Origin: Squalus acanthias
Lineage: Eukaryota
Assembly: GCA_030390025.1 (NCBI GenBank)
Contig: CM059431.1
Coordinates: 116,066,001 to 116,130,000 of the forward strand
Direction of reading: 5' to 3'
DNA length: 64,000 nucleotides
The notes below the pieces were generated by a model, which made no database searches, was not told the origin of the DNA, and saw only the letters and a list, made by a program, of their open reading frames with translations. Numbering within the stretch: position 1 is the stretch's first letter; each line of letters opens with the position of its first letter. A program made the position numbers and the translations under genes. Positions 51,827 through 63,750 of the stretch are shown piece by piece.

Positions 51827-52753
51827 AATCCTCTACTTGCTTCTGTCTGCTCAGATTTCTTATGACTTTTTCAATGAGTCGATATAGACTGTTCTATGTG
51901 GGACACCATTTTGTAAGTTAATAAGTCATAGTGTGGTGTCTAACTTCAGGATTCTTTATCTTTCAATCTTTTATCCTGTCTCTTTACCCAGTTTTACAAC
52001 AAGGTTAATAGTACTAGACATACAAAGAAACAACACAAACATGCCAGCACAGGCACGATGGGCCGAATGTCCTCCTTCTGTGCTGTATCACTTTATGACT
52101 CTATACTGAACATAAAAATGGGATAATATGGTAGAATTTGTAAGATTTTTGTGTTTGGAAACTGTATACTGCGTATAAAAATGGTGTTCAGTTTCCACAA
52201 AGGAGCATAAATACAAAAACAAATGACATCATTATAGAATTCTAAGTACACTGCCGGCAAAATATTCATGCTGAACATAATTAACCCATGGGTCCATAAA
52301 CCAAAGCAAGAATTCAAAAAGGGCATATTTAATTAAGAAACCTGTTAAAACGGATTAAATATGTTGCTGAAAACGATTAATCTTTGTCAGCAACAGCCAA
52401 ATGCAGCAAAGAGTAACAAAGATCAAAAAGCTATTCAAATCGCCTGAATTTAAAAATGACAATATTGCATAGATAACAGAACTATGTAGTCCATTTTAAA
52501 TTCTGTCCAACACGTACCTGACGTTAAACTATGTAAATCACTGCTAATTCAGTACAGTGAGAGGTAAAGATCGATATTGTTGTCTCAGTCTTCAAAGCCT
52601 CAGTGACCTGCTATAAATTCCATTGCTAGAATTTTAGGATAAAATTTAGATCACTGCAGGTACATGACCAGTGTAGAGAAGTTGCAGCTAAAGCTAACAG
52701 GGTGGTATTAATACCACCCTTTCAGTATAAATCAAACAACACCCTAGAATATC

Positions 52754-54255
52754 TGTGAAGGAATAATCAATATACCTATTCAGAAAAATACACCATTCTA
52801 TGAAAGAATTCTGGCTTTATTAAAACATGACAAACTAGGTCTGGAAATCTGGAAGCCTCAACAATCTAAAACTGTTACAGCATTCTGGTAATAGAGATAA
52901 GATAGGTTGTTGATACTGAATCAATAACCTTCTTGAAACAGAAGTTTGGAGGTTCCCGACGGTCTGAATCTTTGGAAAGAAGACAATGGTGCATCCTGGT
53001 TAAGGTGTTCGAAATTACACTTCGGAAAGAAACACATAAAATTAAGAAACGTATGCCTTCGTAAAAATGACATCAAGTAAAAGAAACACCTGCCGTCACA
53101 TCGTTTTTATGTTAAACTTAGAAGACCTACGGAGGAGAGACACGAGTCTGTGTTACAACAGAGCTGAGGTGACTTAAGAATTGCATAGATCACCCTGGTT
53201 GAGGTGTTCTAATTTACACTTCATAAAGAGACACAAACAGAAGGCCTTGGTAGAGATGACATCAAATGAAATGCACCTGCTGTTACACCGTTTTATATGG
53301 TGGGCTTGAGACACCTGGGGTACAGACATAATTCTGCATTGCTACCAGCTGAACTGACTGATAGGGCTGGATTTTCATTGACCCGTGGAGGTGGGTTTGG
53401 AGGCTTGTGGGGGGTTAAAGTTGCAGATTCGGGGGTCCCGAACCCATCCCGCCCCCAACCCGCCTTCATGCCAGTTTTGCTGGAGGCGGGTATGGAGTCC
53501 CGCCTCCATCACGTCCCCAGTATCAAAATCCAGCCCTAAGAATAGCAGGGGTCAGCAGAAAAATGACTAGAGATAATTAGCTTACATCAGCAGAAAACTT
53601 CAAAGGAAATACCACTGAAAAAGGATATAAATATTGAACTTTCAAATGGGATGATAGTCTCGCTGTAAAGGGGCAAAGCGATTCTCGGCTTCAGAGGCAG
53701 GCTCTGTAAGTCTACAACTCTTTGTATCTCGGGGATCAACGGTACTGTATTTGATTTTGGTGGATATCCTGGAATAAGACTAAGAACTGTAAAACTGTAG
53801 AGAAGTTAAGATCTGATAATAAGAATTGTAAGCTTACTCTTTTTTGGAACTGTTAATGTTGTGATTGAAACACCTACTGTAATTACATGTCGGTTCTTTA
53901 ATAAATCTATATATTTTTAGAATTGTCTCACATAATACTTCTGTATCAAACTTGCAAACTCAATCTCTGTACGCTCTTTGGTGAGGAGTTGCAGAATTCT
54001 GAGGGAGTTTTCCGGACCCTCATAATATCCGGAACATTACAGTCTAGCTAAACTTATTAAAAGTGCTATCTGGAGGACGGTAACATCTTCAGGTTGTTCC
54101 TTTCCTTTAGGGAGAGATAGTCTGGACCTTTAGACCCAATTAAGCGTCTTTAGGATTCAGCTACCTCAAACTTTAGTTGAAAGTGAACGTCTGAGGAATA
54201 CGCTTGATCCAGGGTAGCCCTAAAAGGGGCTAGGACTAGTAATTATCCCTTCACA
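52754..54255 (+). mobile_element. Probable solo LTR (~1.5 kb including a MITE insert)
   Basis: Termini TGTGAAGGAATAAT / ATTATCCCTTCACA (13/14 inverted match); duplicated ~110-bp block 52992-53110 / 53191-53298; TATAAAT at 53626; AATAAA at 53900; TSD not clean. Confidence 0.7.
53364..53536. mobile_element. Short Harbinger-type MITE
   Basis: TIR GGGCTGGATTTT / AAAATCCAGCCC; ends shared with 62231-62941. Confidence 0.8.
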
Positions 54256-54285
54256 TCAAGGAGGAGTCTTGCCTTGTTTGCCAAC

Positions 54286-54858
54286 ATCAAAAGCACAGAA
54301 ACAGGCCATTCGGCCAACAGGTCAATGCCGGTGTTTCTGCTCCACACGAGCCTCCTCCCACCCCTCCACATCTAACCACATCAACATACCTTTCATTCCT
54401 TTCTTTCGTGTGATTATCTAGCTTCCCCTTAAATGCATCTATGCTATTCACCTCAACTACTCCCTGTGGTAGTGAGTTCCACATTCTCACCACTCTCTGG
54501 GGAAAGAAGTCTTTCCTGAATTCCCTGTTGGATTTATTAGTGACTCTCTTATATTTATGGTCCCTAGTTCTGTTCGCGCCCACAAGTGGAAACATCTTCT
54601 CTAGGTCTGCCCTATCAAACTCTTTCATAATCATAAAGACCTCGCTCAGGGTACCCCTCAGTCTTCTCCTTTTGTAAAGAAAAGAGCCCAAGCCTGTTCA
54701 ATGTTTCCTGATAGGTATAACCTCTCATTTGTGGTATCACTGTGTAATTTTTTTTTGCACCTTCTCCAGTGCCTCTGTTCTTTTTATAATATGGCGACCA
54801 GAACTGCTCACAGTACTCAAAGTGTGGTCTAACCAAGGTTCTATACAATCTTAACATA
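54286..54858 (-). mobile_element. CR1 3' fragment
   Basis: LYRTLVRPHFEYCEQFWSP, FFPQRVVRMWNSLP. Confidence 0.9.
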
Positions 54859-54902
54859 AAACCTGTCCAAAATCACTGACCGTTTTTTCTGTCACTCAAC
54901 AG

Positions 54903-54994
54903 GGGCACCTTCTTCCAGGGGTATCGCTGCAACAAGTGCAAGTCTGCAGCTCACAAGGATTGTTTAGGAAGGGTTCCTCTATGTGGCAAGCAAG
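54903..54994 (+). CDS. VAV1: Internal coding exon of VAV1 (VAV-family Rho/Rac GEF), C-terminal half of the C1 zinc-finger domain
   Basis: (R)[30 protein letters not shown] matches VAV1 GTFYQGYRC..C...AHKECLGRVPPCG better than VAV2/VAV3; branch point CACTGAC at 54874, pyrimidine tract, CAG acceptor, G/GTAAGA donor. Confidence 0.9.
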
Positions 54995-55054
54995 GTAAGA
55001 CTCCTGCTTGTATTCCACACACTGGCACACACCTGTGCAGATAACCTCATTTGT

Positions 55055-55775
55055 AGCTATATAGGTCGCTGGTCAGGCCGCACCTGAACCACTGTGCCCA
55101 GTTTTGGCCCCCCCACATGGTGGGTGAAATAGTGGCCTTCAAAATGGTCCAGAGGAGAGCACTGAGAATGACTCTTAGCTTAAAGAACCCCAGCTACTTA
55201 GATAGGCTTAAAGACCTTGGTCTATTTACTTTAGAGCAGTGTAGACTTAGAGGTGACATGATAGAGGTCTCTAAAATAATTAAAGGGCTGGATAGCATGC
55301 CTATTGAGAGATTATTTCAGTTTAACACAATGGGAAGGACCAGGGGACATGAGTTCAAACTATGTAAGAGTAGGAATAGACTGGAGGTTAGGCGGTTCTT
55401 TTTCCCTCAGAGAGTAGTGAGCCTCTGGAATACATTGCTGGCTGGTGTGATGGGTGCTGACTCTTTGTATGCCTTCAAGAGAGAGCTGGACCGGGACAAC
55501 AATCACATAATATAGAAAGTGTCTGTTGATAACGCCTGGTCCAGGTGATCTCCTGGACTGGTTTTGATCACCAGAGGGGGTCGGAGAGGAATGTTCCAAA
55601 ATATTTTTTTCCCTTATTGGCCCTGGGTTTTTTCTGTTTGCTGCCTCTCCCAGGAGATTACATGACTGCAGGGGGGACGGGGGTGAATGGGGTGGGAAGT
55701 GTCAAGTCATGATGCTCCAGCCATCATGATGTGTGGTGCAGCTTGATGGACCACCTGGTATTTTTCATTTGTTCG
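55055..55775 (+). mobile_element. CR1 3' fragment
   Basis: VQRRALRM..YLDRLKDLGLFTLE..LRGDMIEV..FFFPQRVVSLWNTL. Confidence 0.85.
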
Positions 55776-56999
55776 TATGCTCGTAATTATATTCTTCGGT
55801 ATTGTGTTGACAACCATTCTAATATTCTATGCCTTAACTGTTTAGCTTATTTTATATCATGCCACCAGATAACTATGTATCTGGCAGTCATTAAATACAT
55901 CCAGCAAAATTTCACATCACTGTACGGTAATTTCCTTTTGGGTGGGAGGGGAGGACCAATTGAAGGGAAAATGGTCCGATATAACTTATTACAAATTTAT
56001 AACTGATGTCCTCCCTGAGATAAAGGGCGATATACTAAAATTATTTTGCATAACTGCATGTTAAATTTACATCACTTTCTGAGTTCCTCAAATAATCCTC
56101 TTCTCTGTGGAATGCCATGCAGCACAGTAATTAAAATAGTGGTAATGATGTCTTGCAGTGTTAATGTTGCCTCAAGGGATGCCTTCTTAGGACACTTCTG
56201 GGGGTAATTTTTATGAGGCTGCAATCCCATCGGAAGCCTTGTCAGCAGTGCAAGCCTGTAAAATGACTCCCTGTATCTTAATGTGATGTAGAAAATGGAG
56301 GAGAATCAATTCAATTATGCATTACAAAGTACACAGTAAAAGATGATTGTCTGCAATAATGTGCATTCAATAAAATTTTCATCAAATCAGCAGAATAAGA
56401 ATAATTAGGTAACCTATATTTAAATTGGAACTGCCATTTATTTTAGAAAAGGAGTATTTTGACAGTTTTCAAATCTCTAGGGAATCAGGATAGCTCTGAT
56501 TAAAATTTTCCCCATGGTGTATGGTGTAATAGTTTAGAAACCAGATGAGAGAACCATTTTCGCTAATTCAAAAAAAGGAACTGTGAGCAATTTGTTTGGC
56601 TTTAAACACCTAATTCTTTTCTGCACAATGAAAGAATAACAAACTTGCAATACGTATTAAAGATAAATTAATTTTATTAAGTTTTCACTGCTAGTGTGTG
56701 CGCTTAATGTATTTTGTCCCTTGTGTGTCATGAACGTCTCCATTTTGATTGTCCCATGTGCTGTATTACTAAGTGAGGGAGTAGCACTGTTGATTGGCTG
56801 CACAGCCAACTGGTAAGCTGCAGGAATATAGTAGGCACGTGATAGACCTGCATCAGTGCTGGGTGTCTCTTCAGCTGGAGTTACTGTGGGCTCATTGCTT
56901 TCCGCGGCAGCCCTTGCTGTCACTTGTGCAGGGCTATGTGATGGAACAGAAATGCTGCTGTCATGCATGCAACCTGTGCTACGACATGCACGTCACTGT

Positions 57000-58586
57000 T
57001 GGATACTATTCCAGGGGGTACATTACGCGGTGGCTTCGGTGATTCTAAATCTCACCGAAGTGCGGTTACCAGAGTGGTGCCCCAAAGAGACGGAACAATT
57101 GTACCAGATCCTGTTGACAAACATGTTCAGACAATTTTACGAGTTTGATTTTGCAGAGATTGACAAGACAAGCTTGTACACCACACCACACGAAGTTTTG
57201 GGTCAGGTGGGGAGACAAAGAAGGGGTATTGTGACCGATATGTTCACCGCCTTTAATACAGGAACATCTGTGGTCAATGCTCTAGACAACGTGGAGCTGC
57301 AGACCCAGATCAATGGTTTAAAAACACAATTATAAAGCATCCTCACAAGCGAAAACAAGGTAGTAGGGTCTGAGTTACATGAGGACCAGGCCATGACGCT
57401 ACACTTAAAAGAGATTATAGCAGAACTGGAGAAGCATGCGAGAACGGTAAATGCCCTGATCAGGGAAGATCGGAACGCATCCGATCAAGCTGCGCAGAAC
57501 GAGGTGTGCGTACTATACGGGGCGTGGTTACTGGGCGAGGGCCGCAGTAATTTGGAGGATTTAAAACAAGGTTTGGTCCCGTCCTGGATAAGTAACAAAC
57601 ACCTGCAGGTGCTCCACCCTTTTCAGAACGCATTAAGCCCGTGCCAGCTCAGGCTAGCCTCAGAGGCATACCCAGTCCCCGTGGACTGCGGACGGTCAAA
57701 TCATACCATCATGGGTATAGTACTACGTATGCCGGTCTTGGGTGACACAGCAAAGCCCGCCCCGGTGTATCGGGTAGAGAACATTGGTGTCATTCAGGGG
57801 GGAGCCCACATTTGCTACACAGCGGTCCCACCTTACGTCATCCGTTGGGAGCAAATGATGACAGGTACCGATCTCTCGGGTTGTCGTGGCCAGGGAGCAC
57901 ACATAATCCTGTGTCCCCAGCACTTGAATGCCTTTTTAACACCACAATGCGGGTTCAGAACGGCTGGCGTGAAGCCCATGAATTGCACCATGGGTGCAAT
58001 GACACAAGATCATGTGCCTCCGCAGGTGGCATACATAGGGGGTGGAACATATTGCGTTACCACTGCAGCGCAACACTATCAGCATGGAAACCGCAGCCGG
58101 TGTCTGGTGAGTGACAGCAGTTTCTGTTTTAAACCCAGGGCTGAAGTTCAAGTGGCACAGCAGCGAATTGTCCCGATCCCTGAACCATCCACTGTTGATC
58201 TAACAGTGAAAGAGAATTTCACCGACTTGCAGCGATTCGTCGCGCATTTCGGATACATCATTCCCCCTCTCCCTGAACACCTCACCAAGCTTTTGAAAGC
58301 CGTCGCGGTATCGCAAAAACATTTCTACACCCTAGAACAAAAGACTGTCGAGATAGGGACAGAAATTCTAGACATTGTAATCCCACCGTGGTGGGACCTG
58401 TTCACCAATATTGAAGTGCCTTCATGGATCAGAATAGCCTCCCACATTTTAGTTGTGTGCCAAGTAATAATTGTAGTGTACCTATTGGTCGTGCACTGCA
58501 AGAGAGGCAAGCGCCTCACAAAGCAGGAGAACACAGGAGAGTGGAGAGAACGTTACGTGCACGTGCACGAGGAAAGCGCTGCGTAA
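57000..58586 (+). pseudogene. Endogenous viral envelope gene, F-type class I fusion glycoprotein, 5'-truncated, one in-frame stop (57333-57335)
   Basis: ORFs 56856-57335 and 57393-58586 are in the same frame; furin site RQRR (57213-57224), fusion-peptide-like GIVTDMFTAFNTGTSVVNAL, heptad region, Cys-rich domain, six N-X-S/T sequons, PPWW, TM IRIASHILVVCQVIIVVYLLVV, short charged tail. Confidence 0.85.
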
Positions 58587-59004
58587 ACGGCCAGGATGAC
58601 GCCGCTCCATTTTACCATGTGTATTCTTGTAATTGATTGTGAAACTTATGAATGGAAGATGGTGTGCTGCCATTGGCTCTAACTGAGTCACGTGATCCCA
58701 CAGCTCGCACGAATTCACTACGCCGCTGGGATACGCAAGCCCAGCACAGCTGATGTCTGGAACATCAAGTTCGTGCGAGCTGGATCTGAAAAAGCACAAG
58801 CGAGGTGAGAGATCGCGGGGAAGCCTTACCCCCGCGGGAACAGAGCGAGATCAATTTCTGGGCCATTGTAATTTTCCCTGGGAAATGAGGATGGCATGGA
58901 GACCCTAGATAGTTTAAGTTAAGGGAGTGTTTGGATGTGGAGAATCGGGATAATTTTGCTCACCACCACTTTTAATTGATACGATAAGCGGAGTTATTCG
59001 CATC

Positions 59005-59211
59005 AACAGGAGGGACTGTAAAATTCGCAATTATCACAAGCACGTACGAACCGAAACCCCTTACAGTAGCTGATGCCATTGTTCAAAGGTAGATTACAAA
59101 TCTCCATTACTCATGTGAGAGATGGCTGTGAATATCTGGATGTTTGAATAGCTATGCTATTCCTACTTCTACTTTACTTCATACATACTTAATAAAATTT
59201 TGCTGTGTGCA
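59005..59211 (+). mobile_element. Polypurine tract and short 3' LTR-like segment of the env-bearing element
   Basis: AACAGGAGGGA-C immediately before TGTAAAA (59017); AATAAA 59191-59196; ends in CA at 59211 where L2 sequence begins. Confidence 0.6.
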
Positions 59212-59998
59212 TACTTCGGTAACATCACTCGCCTCTGTTCTTACCTCAACCCATCAGGCACTGAAACCCTCAAAAATGCCTTTCTCACCTCCATTATTCA
59301 AATCAAAACAGAAAATGCTGGAAATACTCAGCAGGTCAGGCAGCATCTGTGGAGTGAATCAGAGTTAACGTTTCAGATCGATGACCTTTCATCAGACAAA
59401 ATGTTAACTCTGTTTCTCTCTCCACAGATGCTGGCTGACCTGCTGAGCATTTCCAGCATTTCTGTTTTTATTTCTGATTTCCAGCATCTGTGCTATTTTG
59501 CTTTTGCTTTCTATTATTCCAATGTTCTCTTGGCTGTCCTTTCATCTTCTACCCTCCATAAACTAAAACTCATCCAGAAACTCTGCTACCCATATCCATA
59601 TTTCACCCCAAGTTCCACTTGCCCATCACTCCCATCCTTTATATTGGCTCCTGGACGCTCAAAAATGCCTCAAATGTAATTCTTATCTTTGTGTTTAAAT
59701 CCCTCCTTGGCCTTGCCCTTCCCTATCTCTGGATCCTCCTCCATCCCTACAACTCTCCCCCACCTTCTCTCCATACCTCCTGCCTTCAGTCTCTAGTGCA
59801 TCCCTGGCTCCCTTTGTCTGTAATTCCTTCTCTAAACCCTCAGTCCCTCTCCTCCTTTAAGACTGTTCAAACAATTTTTTGGTCATCCCTCCTAATCTAT
59901 CCTTCCTTGCTCGGGATCAATATATTCCTCACTTCTTTGTGGAGTGCCTTGGGAAGTTTTGTACATTAAAGATATTATATAAATACAAGTTTTTGTTA
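59212..59998 (+). mobile_element. Diverged L2 3' fragment containing a fold-back Penelope-derived insert (59300-59512) with hammerhead core (59364-59396, minus strand)
   Basis: L2 motifs on both sides; insert flanked by ATTATTC (59293-59299, 59513-59519); minus strand CTGATGA-AAGGTC-ATC-GATCT-GAAA-CGTT. Confidence 0.8.
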
Positions 59999-60149
59999 TA
60001 CTTGATTTTTGGAGATATCTTTAACAGTTCAATAATCAGAGGTAGTCTAAGTAGGTTTAGCAACTTTGGCACCAATAAAATGAAAGGTTTACATAGATAA
60101 AAAGTGTTCAAAACAAATTAATCTCTAGTGATTGATGGTCTATATCCTT

Positions 60150-61080
60150 GGATAGAGAGTCAAATCATGAAATTGATGAGGTAATGACAGCCATCATGAG
60201 GGAGTCAGTAAATATGAGGAAGGTCTCACTAGACTGTAAAAATGCTAATGTGGTGTCTTTTTGCAAAAAAGGTGACTCGTCAACTTTAGACCCAATTGCA
60301 TCACATTTATACCAGAATCAATGATCAAGAGTAAACTTGATAACTTTTATGATAATAGCCTAGTAAATAACAGAGAACATGGATTCAGAAGGGAATATCC
60401 CTAACCAAAGTCTTTACATTTTTTGAGGAAGCGACAGAGCAAGTGAGCAGCTGAACATCCTGAAGTGTGATGTTCTAGTCATGCACTACACTTTGACAAA
60501 GTTCCGGACAAAATGTTGCTACCTAAGCTTAAAATGGGTGGGGATTCAAGGTAAACTATGGAACGGTAAGAAATTGGCTGAAGGATAGGAAGCAGTGGGT
60601 ACATGTTAGCGGAGCAATGTTGGAGTGGGTGGACATGTTGAGTGGCATACCCCACCGATTAGTGTTAGGGTCTCTACTGTTCCTATTTACAGTAACAACT
60701 TGGATTCAGAAAGTCAGTGCAAACTGGTTAGTTTTGCAGATGATATCAAATGGGAGACGTGAGCAGTTGAATCTGAAGGGGCGGCAAGGAACCTACAACA
60801 TGAGTTAGATAAAATAGATAAGTGAGTGAACCAGTGGCAGCAATCAACAATGCAAATTGAATTCTGAACTATGAAGTCAAAACAATAGATTGCAAATTGG
60901 AAGAATCATGCTAGAAGTGCACATTTTTTCTGATTAGAGTGGACCTTGAGTAATGTATCCAGTTTGGTTCACAAAAAGACGAGAGACATTCAAGGCCTAG
61001 ATGGGTGCAGTGATGAGCCATGATGCTGATCTCTACTGACAGAGCTCTGAGTTATGAGAAAAGGCTGGAGAAACTTGGGT
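60150..61080 (+). mobile_element. Highly degenerate CR1 RT fragment
   Basis: ANVV..KKG, FDKVP, SGIP..LVLG, FADD-like TTTGCAGATGATA. Confidence 0.65.
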
Positions 61081-62029
61081 CCTGAAGATTTTGTAGGGCT
61101 GCTCCACCGACGGAAGACTGGTGGAGTGGAGTCTGCCTAAATAGACAGGCCTATATCCTGTCCGAAATTACAGGGACAGGGTTATGCAGGGTGTGTGTGC
61201 ATCTTGCCACTGAGGATGCATCATCAGTGCCTGCCTGAATCAACTACCAAGAAAATCAGAATAGCATGGTGCTGCTCCAAGAATGGAGGAGAGGCCAAGG
61301 GAAGGTCCAACAATACACAGGGCAAGGAACTCTTCAGCTGGATAAAAGCCAACGGGACCATATTCAAGATTGATTGATCCCCTCTGCCACAGGATGTTCA
61401 GTCCTTTTGTGAGGCCTCAGTGGGACTCATGCTAGCTCTCAGCCCCTTGAGGTGGGGATGTGGGGGAGGGGCAGGCAAATGATCCACCCAAGGCTCCCCT
61501 CCGGGAAATGACAGAACAGAAAACACAGAGTGGAGTCCTGGCAAAACCGATTTTCCACCCGATTTTTCTGGTTCCCTCGTGGGGTAATCTATCCGAGTTC
61601 CCCCAAGACCTGGCATTTTCGGGCCCTAGGTCTTTTTAGCAATGATGGTGAAGGGATCTTGTAAAGGTATGTTATATAATAAGTGGCTTCGGAAGATAAA
61701 TCTAGAACATAAACTATGGCAGTAGAACAGCACAAGTTCAAACTAGTAAAAGAAAAACATACGGTTTTTGTCAGGAAGTTTATCTTCACATAAATCAACA
61801 CATTGAATGGACTTTTTCAGAAAGTAGTAAAGGCAAAATCTCAGGAATCCCTTAAACAGCTGGATGGTGTGATTCAGTAGTTGCTTTTGGTCAATATGAT
61901 TTGGGATGGAATTGAATATCTTTCTCCATCTGTGTCCATCTTGTGAATTACTACTTTCTTTCATATCTATAGATTACCTGTGCTGCTGCATTACAGTAAT
62001 GTTCGTGCCTTACGTTTCTTCTGTTTCTC

Positions 62030-63750
62030 CTCTACATGCTGCCCCTTGGAGACATCATCTGAAAACACAGCGTCAGTTTCCACATGTACGCTGACGGCAC
62101 CCAGCTCTACCTCACTACCTCTTCTCTCGACCCTTCCACAGTCTCTAAATTGTCAGACTGCTTGTCCGACATCCAGTTCTGGATGAGCGGAAATTTTCTC
62201 CAGTTAAATATTGGGAAGACCGAAGCCATTGGGCAGAATTTTCATTGACCCGTGGAGGTGGGTTTGGAGGCGTGTGGGGGGTTAAAATTGAGAAAACTGG
62301 CAGGCGGGCACAAGCCTGCCTCCATGCAATTTTCATTAAATCGTGTCTGCTGGTCCCGACTCCGTCCCGCCTCTAAGAGGCGGGATAGGCTGTTAAGGCC
62401 CTTAACAAGCACTAAATTGCCTCTATAATGCCATTTTGAAAGGCCTTTGTGATTTTAACCCTTTTTCTACGTGAAGCACGCCTGTTCTGAACCACAAATG
62501 TGAAACCTGGCGGGAGCACATTTCAATAGCTGACGATCAGGTCCACTATGATGATGATGGATGATGGAGGAGGAAATGGAGGAGATGGAGGAGGAGGAGG
62601 AGGAGGAGGAGAAGAAGAAGAAGAAATATCTGGGAGTGGTGGTGGTACAAAAATATCTGGGAGCAGACTTAGGGCTGCTGCTGCTCATTTTGCCTTCAGG
62701 CCCTCTCACAGCAAAGGCCAGGCAGTCTTTGCAGACCTTCAATGCAGCAGCAATGATGACATCATCAGAGGCGACTTTCAGACTGAAAACACTAATTGGG
62801 TCATGGGTTCCCACATGCTGGAACTCAATTGCCCAATTAGGTGAAAATCGCATCAATCTCCCACATCCAATTGCAGTCGGGTGGATAACACGAAAAGTGG
62901 ATAACACGACCCCAGCCTGCCCCAGTATCAAAATCCAGCCCATTGTTTTTGGTCCCCGCCACAAACTCCGTTCCCTAGCCACTGATTCCATCCCTCTCCC
63001 TAACATCTGTCTGAGGCTGAACCACACTGTTCGCAACCATGGTGTCATATTTGACCCTGAAATGAGCTTCCAACCACATATCCGCAGGATGACATCGCCC
63101 GTCTCCGCCCTTGCCTCAGCTCATCTACTGTTGAAACCCTCATCCATGCCTTTGTTACCTCTAGACTCGACTATTCCAACGCACACCTGGCTGGCCTCCC
63201 ACATTCTACCCTATGTAAACTTGAGGTCATCCAAAACTCGGCTGCCCGTGTCCTAACTCGCATCAAGTCCTGTTCTCCCATCACCCCTGTGCTCGCTGAC
63301 CTACATTGGCTCCCGGTGAAGCAATGCCTCTATTTCAAAATTCTCATCCTTGTTTTCAAATCCCTCCATGGCCTCTCCTCTCCCTATCTCTGTAATCTCC
63401 TCCAGCTCCACAACCCCTCGGGATATCTGCGCTCCTCTAATTCTGCCCTCTTGAGTATCCCTGATTATAATCGTTCAACTTTGGTGGCCGTGCCTTCTGT
63501 TGCCTAGGCCCTAAGCTCTGGAATTCCCTGCCTAAACCTCTCCACCTCTCCACCTCTCTCTCCTCCTTCAAGACACTCCTTAAAACCTACCTCTTTGACC
63601 AAGCTTTTGGTCACCTGCCCTAATTTTCTCCTTATGTGGCTCGGTGTCAAATTTTTTGTTTTGTCTTGTAATACTCCTGTGAAGGGCCTTGGGACGTGTT
63701 ACTACATTAAAGGTGCTATATAAATACAAGTTATTGTTGTTGTTGTTGTT
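62030..63750 (+). mobile_element. L2 3' fragment interrupted by a MITE
   Basis: YADGTQLY, WMSGNFLQLNIGKTEAI resuming as VFGPRHKLRSL; (TTG)n tail. Confidence 0.9.
62231..62941. mobile_element. Harbinger-type MITE with internal (GAT)(GGA)(GAA) compound microsatellite (~62548-62625)
   Basis: Termini GGGCAGAATTTT / AAAATCCAGCCC; TSD ATT; removing it restores the L2 reading frame. Confidence 0.85.

Noticed and set aside
56856..56999. Hydrophobic ORF start that looks like the env signal peptide
   Set aside because: Starts at GTG, lies before the CpG-rich viral-like segment and looks like unrelated repeat sequence; probably a chance in-frame extension
62548..63256. Poly-E/K and poly-G ORFs
   Set aside because: Produced by a trinucleotide microsatellite in a MITE running into L2 sequence
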